Shown here: positions 63,759 through 64,000 of the stretch, piece by piece
Numbering within the stretch: position 1 is the stretch's first letter
Layout of the letters: the number at the start of each line of letters is the position of its first letter
Source of the DNA: Anthoceros angustus
Lineage: Eukaryota; Plantae; Anthocerotophyta
Direction of reading: 5' to 3'
Assembly (NCBI GenBank): GCA_010909165.1
Contig: MU008196.1
Location: forward strand, 650,177 to 714,176
DNA length: 64,000 bases
Position numbers and translations under genes: made by a program
Notes under the pieces: generated by a model
Database searches by the model: none
Told to the model about the DNA's origin: nothing
The model's input: the letters and a program-made list of their open reading frames with translations, nothing else

Positions 63759-64000
63759 AAGAAACTTCATCTCCGATAGAGATGTGAAGTTTACCTCTGG
63801 GTTCTGGAGAACCTTCACGGAGACTCTCGGTATGGAGCAGCATATGTCATCTACTTGTCACCCAGAGACTGACTGCCAAACCGAGAAGCAAAACCAAGTA
63901 CTCGAAGACATGCTTCGCCACTTTACCCATGAGAAACAAGGGAGATGGGAAGACCTCTTACCATTACTCGAGTTTGCCTACAACACATCCAAGCATGCCA

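Larger units (their letters stand above)
49354..64000 (+). mobile_element. Ty3/Gypsy element G1, copy B: LTR 49354-49648, PBS, gag, protease, RT, RNase H, integrase (runs off the window)
   Basis: Protease LDCGASHHYIS; pre-RT EFEDIF..DLPPRRSVDHRIDLLPG..EEIKRQVDEFL; RT FLDDILIY near 61835-61860; RNase H AYESKKL..HDKEM; integrase DSIWVVMDRLTK, ISDRDVKFTSGFW, WEDLLPLLEFAYN. PR-RT-RH-INT order and motifs fit the chromovirus-like group. Confidence 0.9.

Noticed and set aside
9200-64000. A novel multi-gene biological system in the TE block
   Set aside because: Every recognisable ORF is a gag/pol fragment, and the repeated architecture is explained by duplication that is probably artefactual.

Overview
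Eukaryotic (land-plant-type) genomic DNA. No rRNA, tRNA or CRISPR features were seen. Bases 1-7.2 kb hold one multi-exon minus-strand gene. I reconstructed it by hand as a homologue of Arabidopsis CBE1 (At4g01290, an eIF4E-binding, 4E-T-like protein). It has a canonical YxxxxL-phi motif and a C-terminal GIERWFG motif that resembles the LSM14-binding motif of animal 4E-T. It also carries about 5-6 single-base frameshifts that look like long-read errors. A hairpin/MITE-like repeat lies upstream. From about 9 kb to the end the window is a nested transposon block: several Ty1/Copia fragments, a Ty3/Gypsy element, a near-complete Tnt1/Tork-like Copia with an AGTAT target-site duplication (TSD), a TIR element and unclassified insertions, nested up to 4 deep. 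The block occurs twice in tandem (A 9200-37366, B 37367-60973), and copy A has four extra microhomology-joined local duplications. Copies differ mainly by short indels, often CWG to CG, so I consider noisy long-read assembly artefacts the most likely cause. I found no convincing new multi-gene system. The best leads are the 4E-T-like motif in CBE1, an unclassified 4.3-kb insertion with palindromic CCTAC/GTAGG arrays, and unknown ORFs carried by LTR elements. All protein identifications come from motif recall, not database searches; TE boundaries are approximate unless a TSD or TG..CA end is cited.
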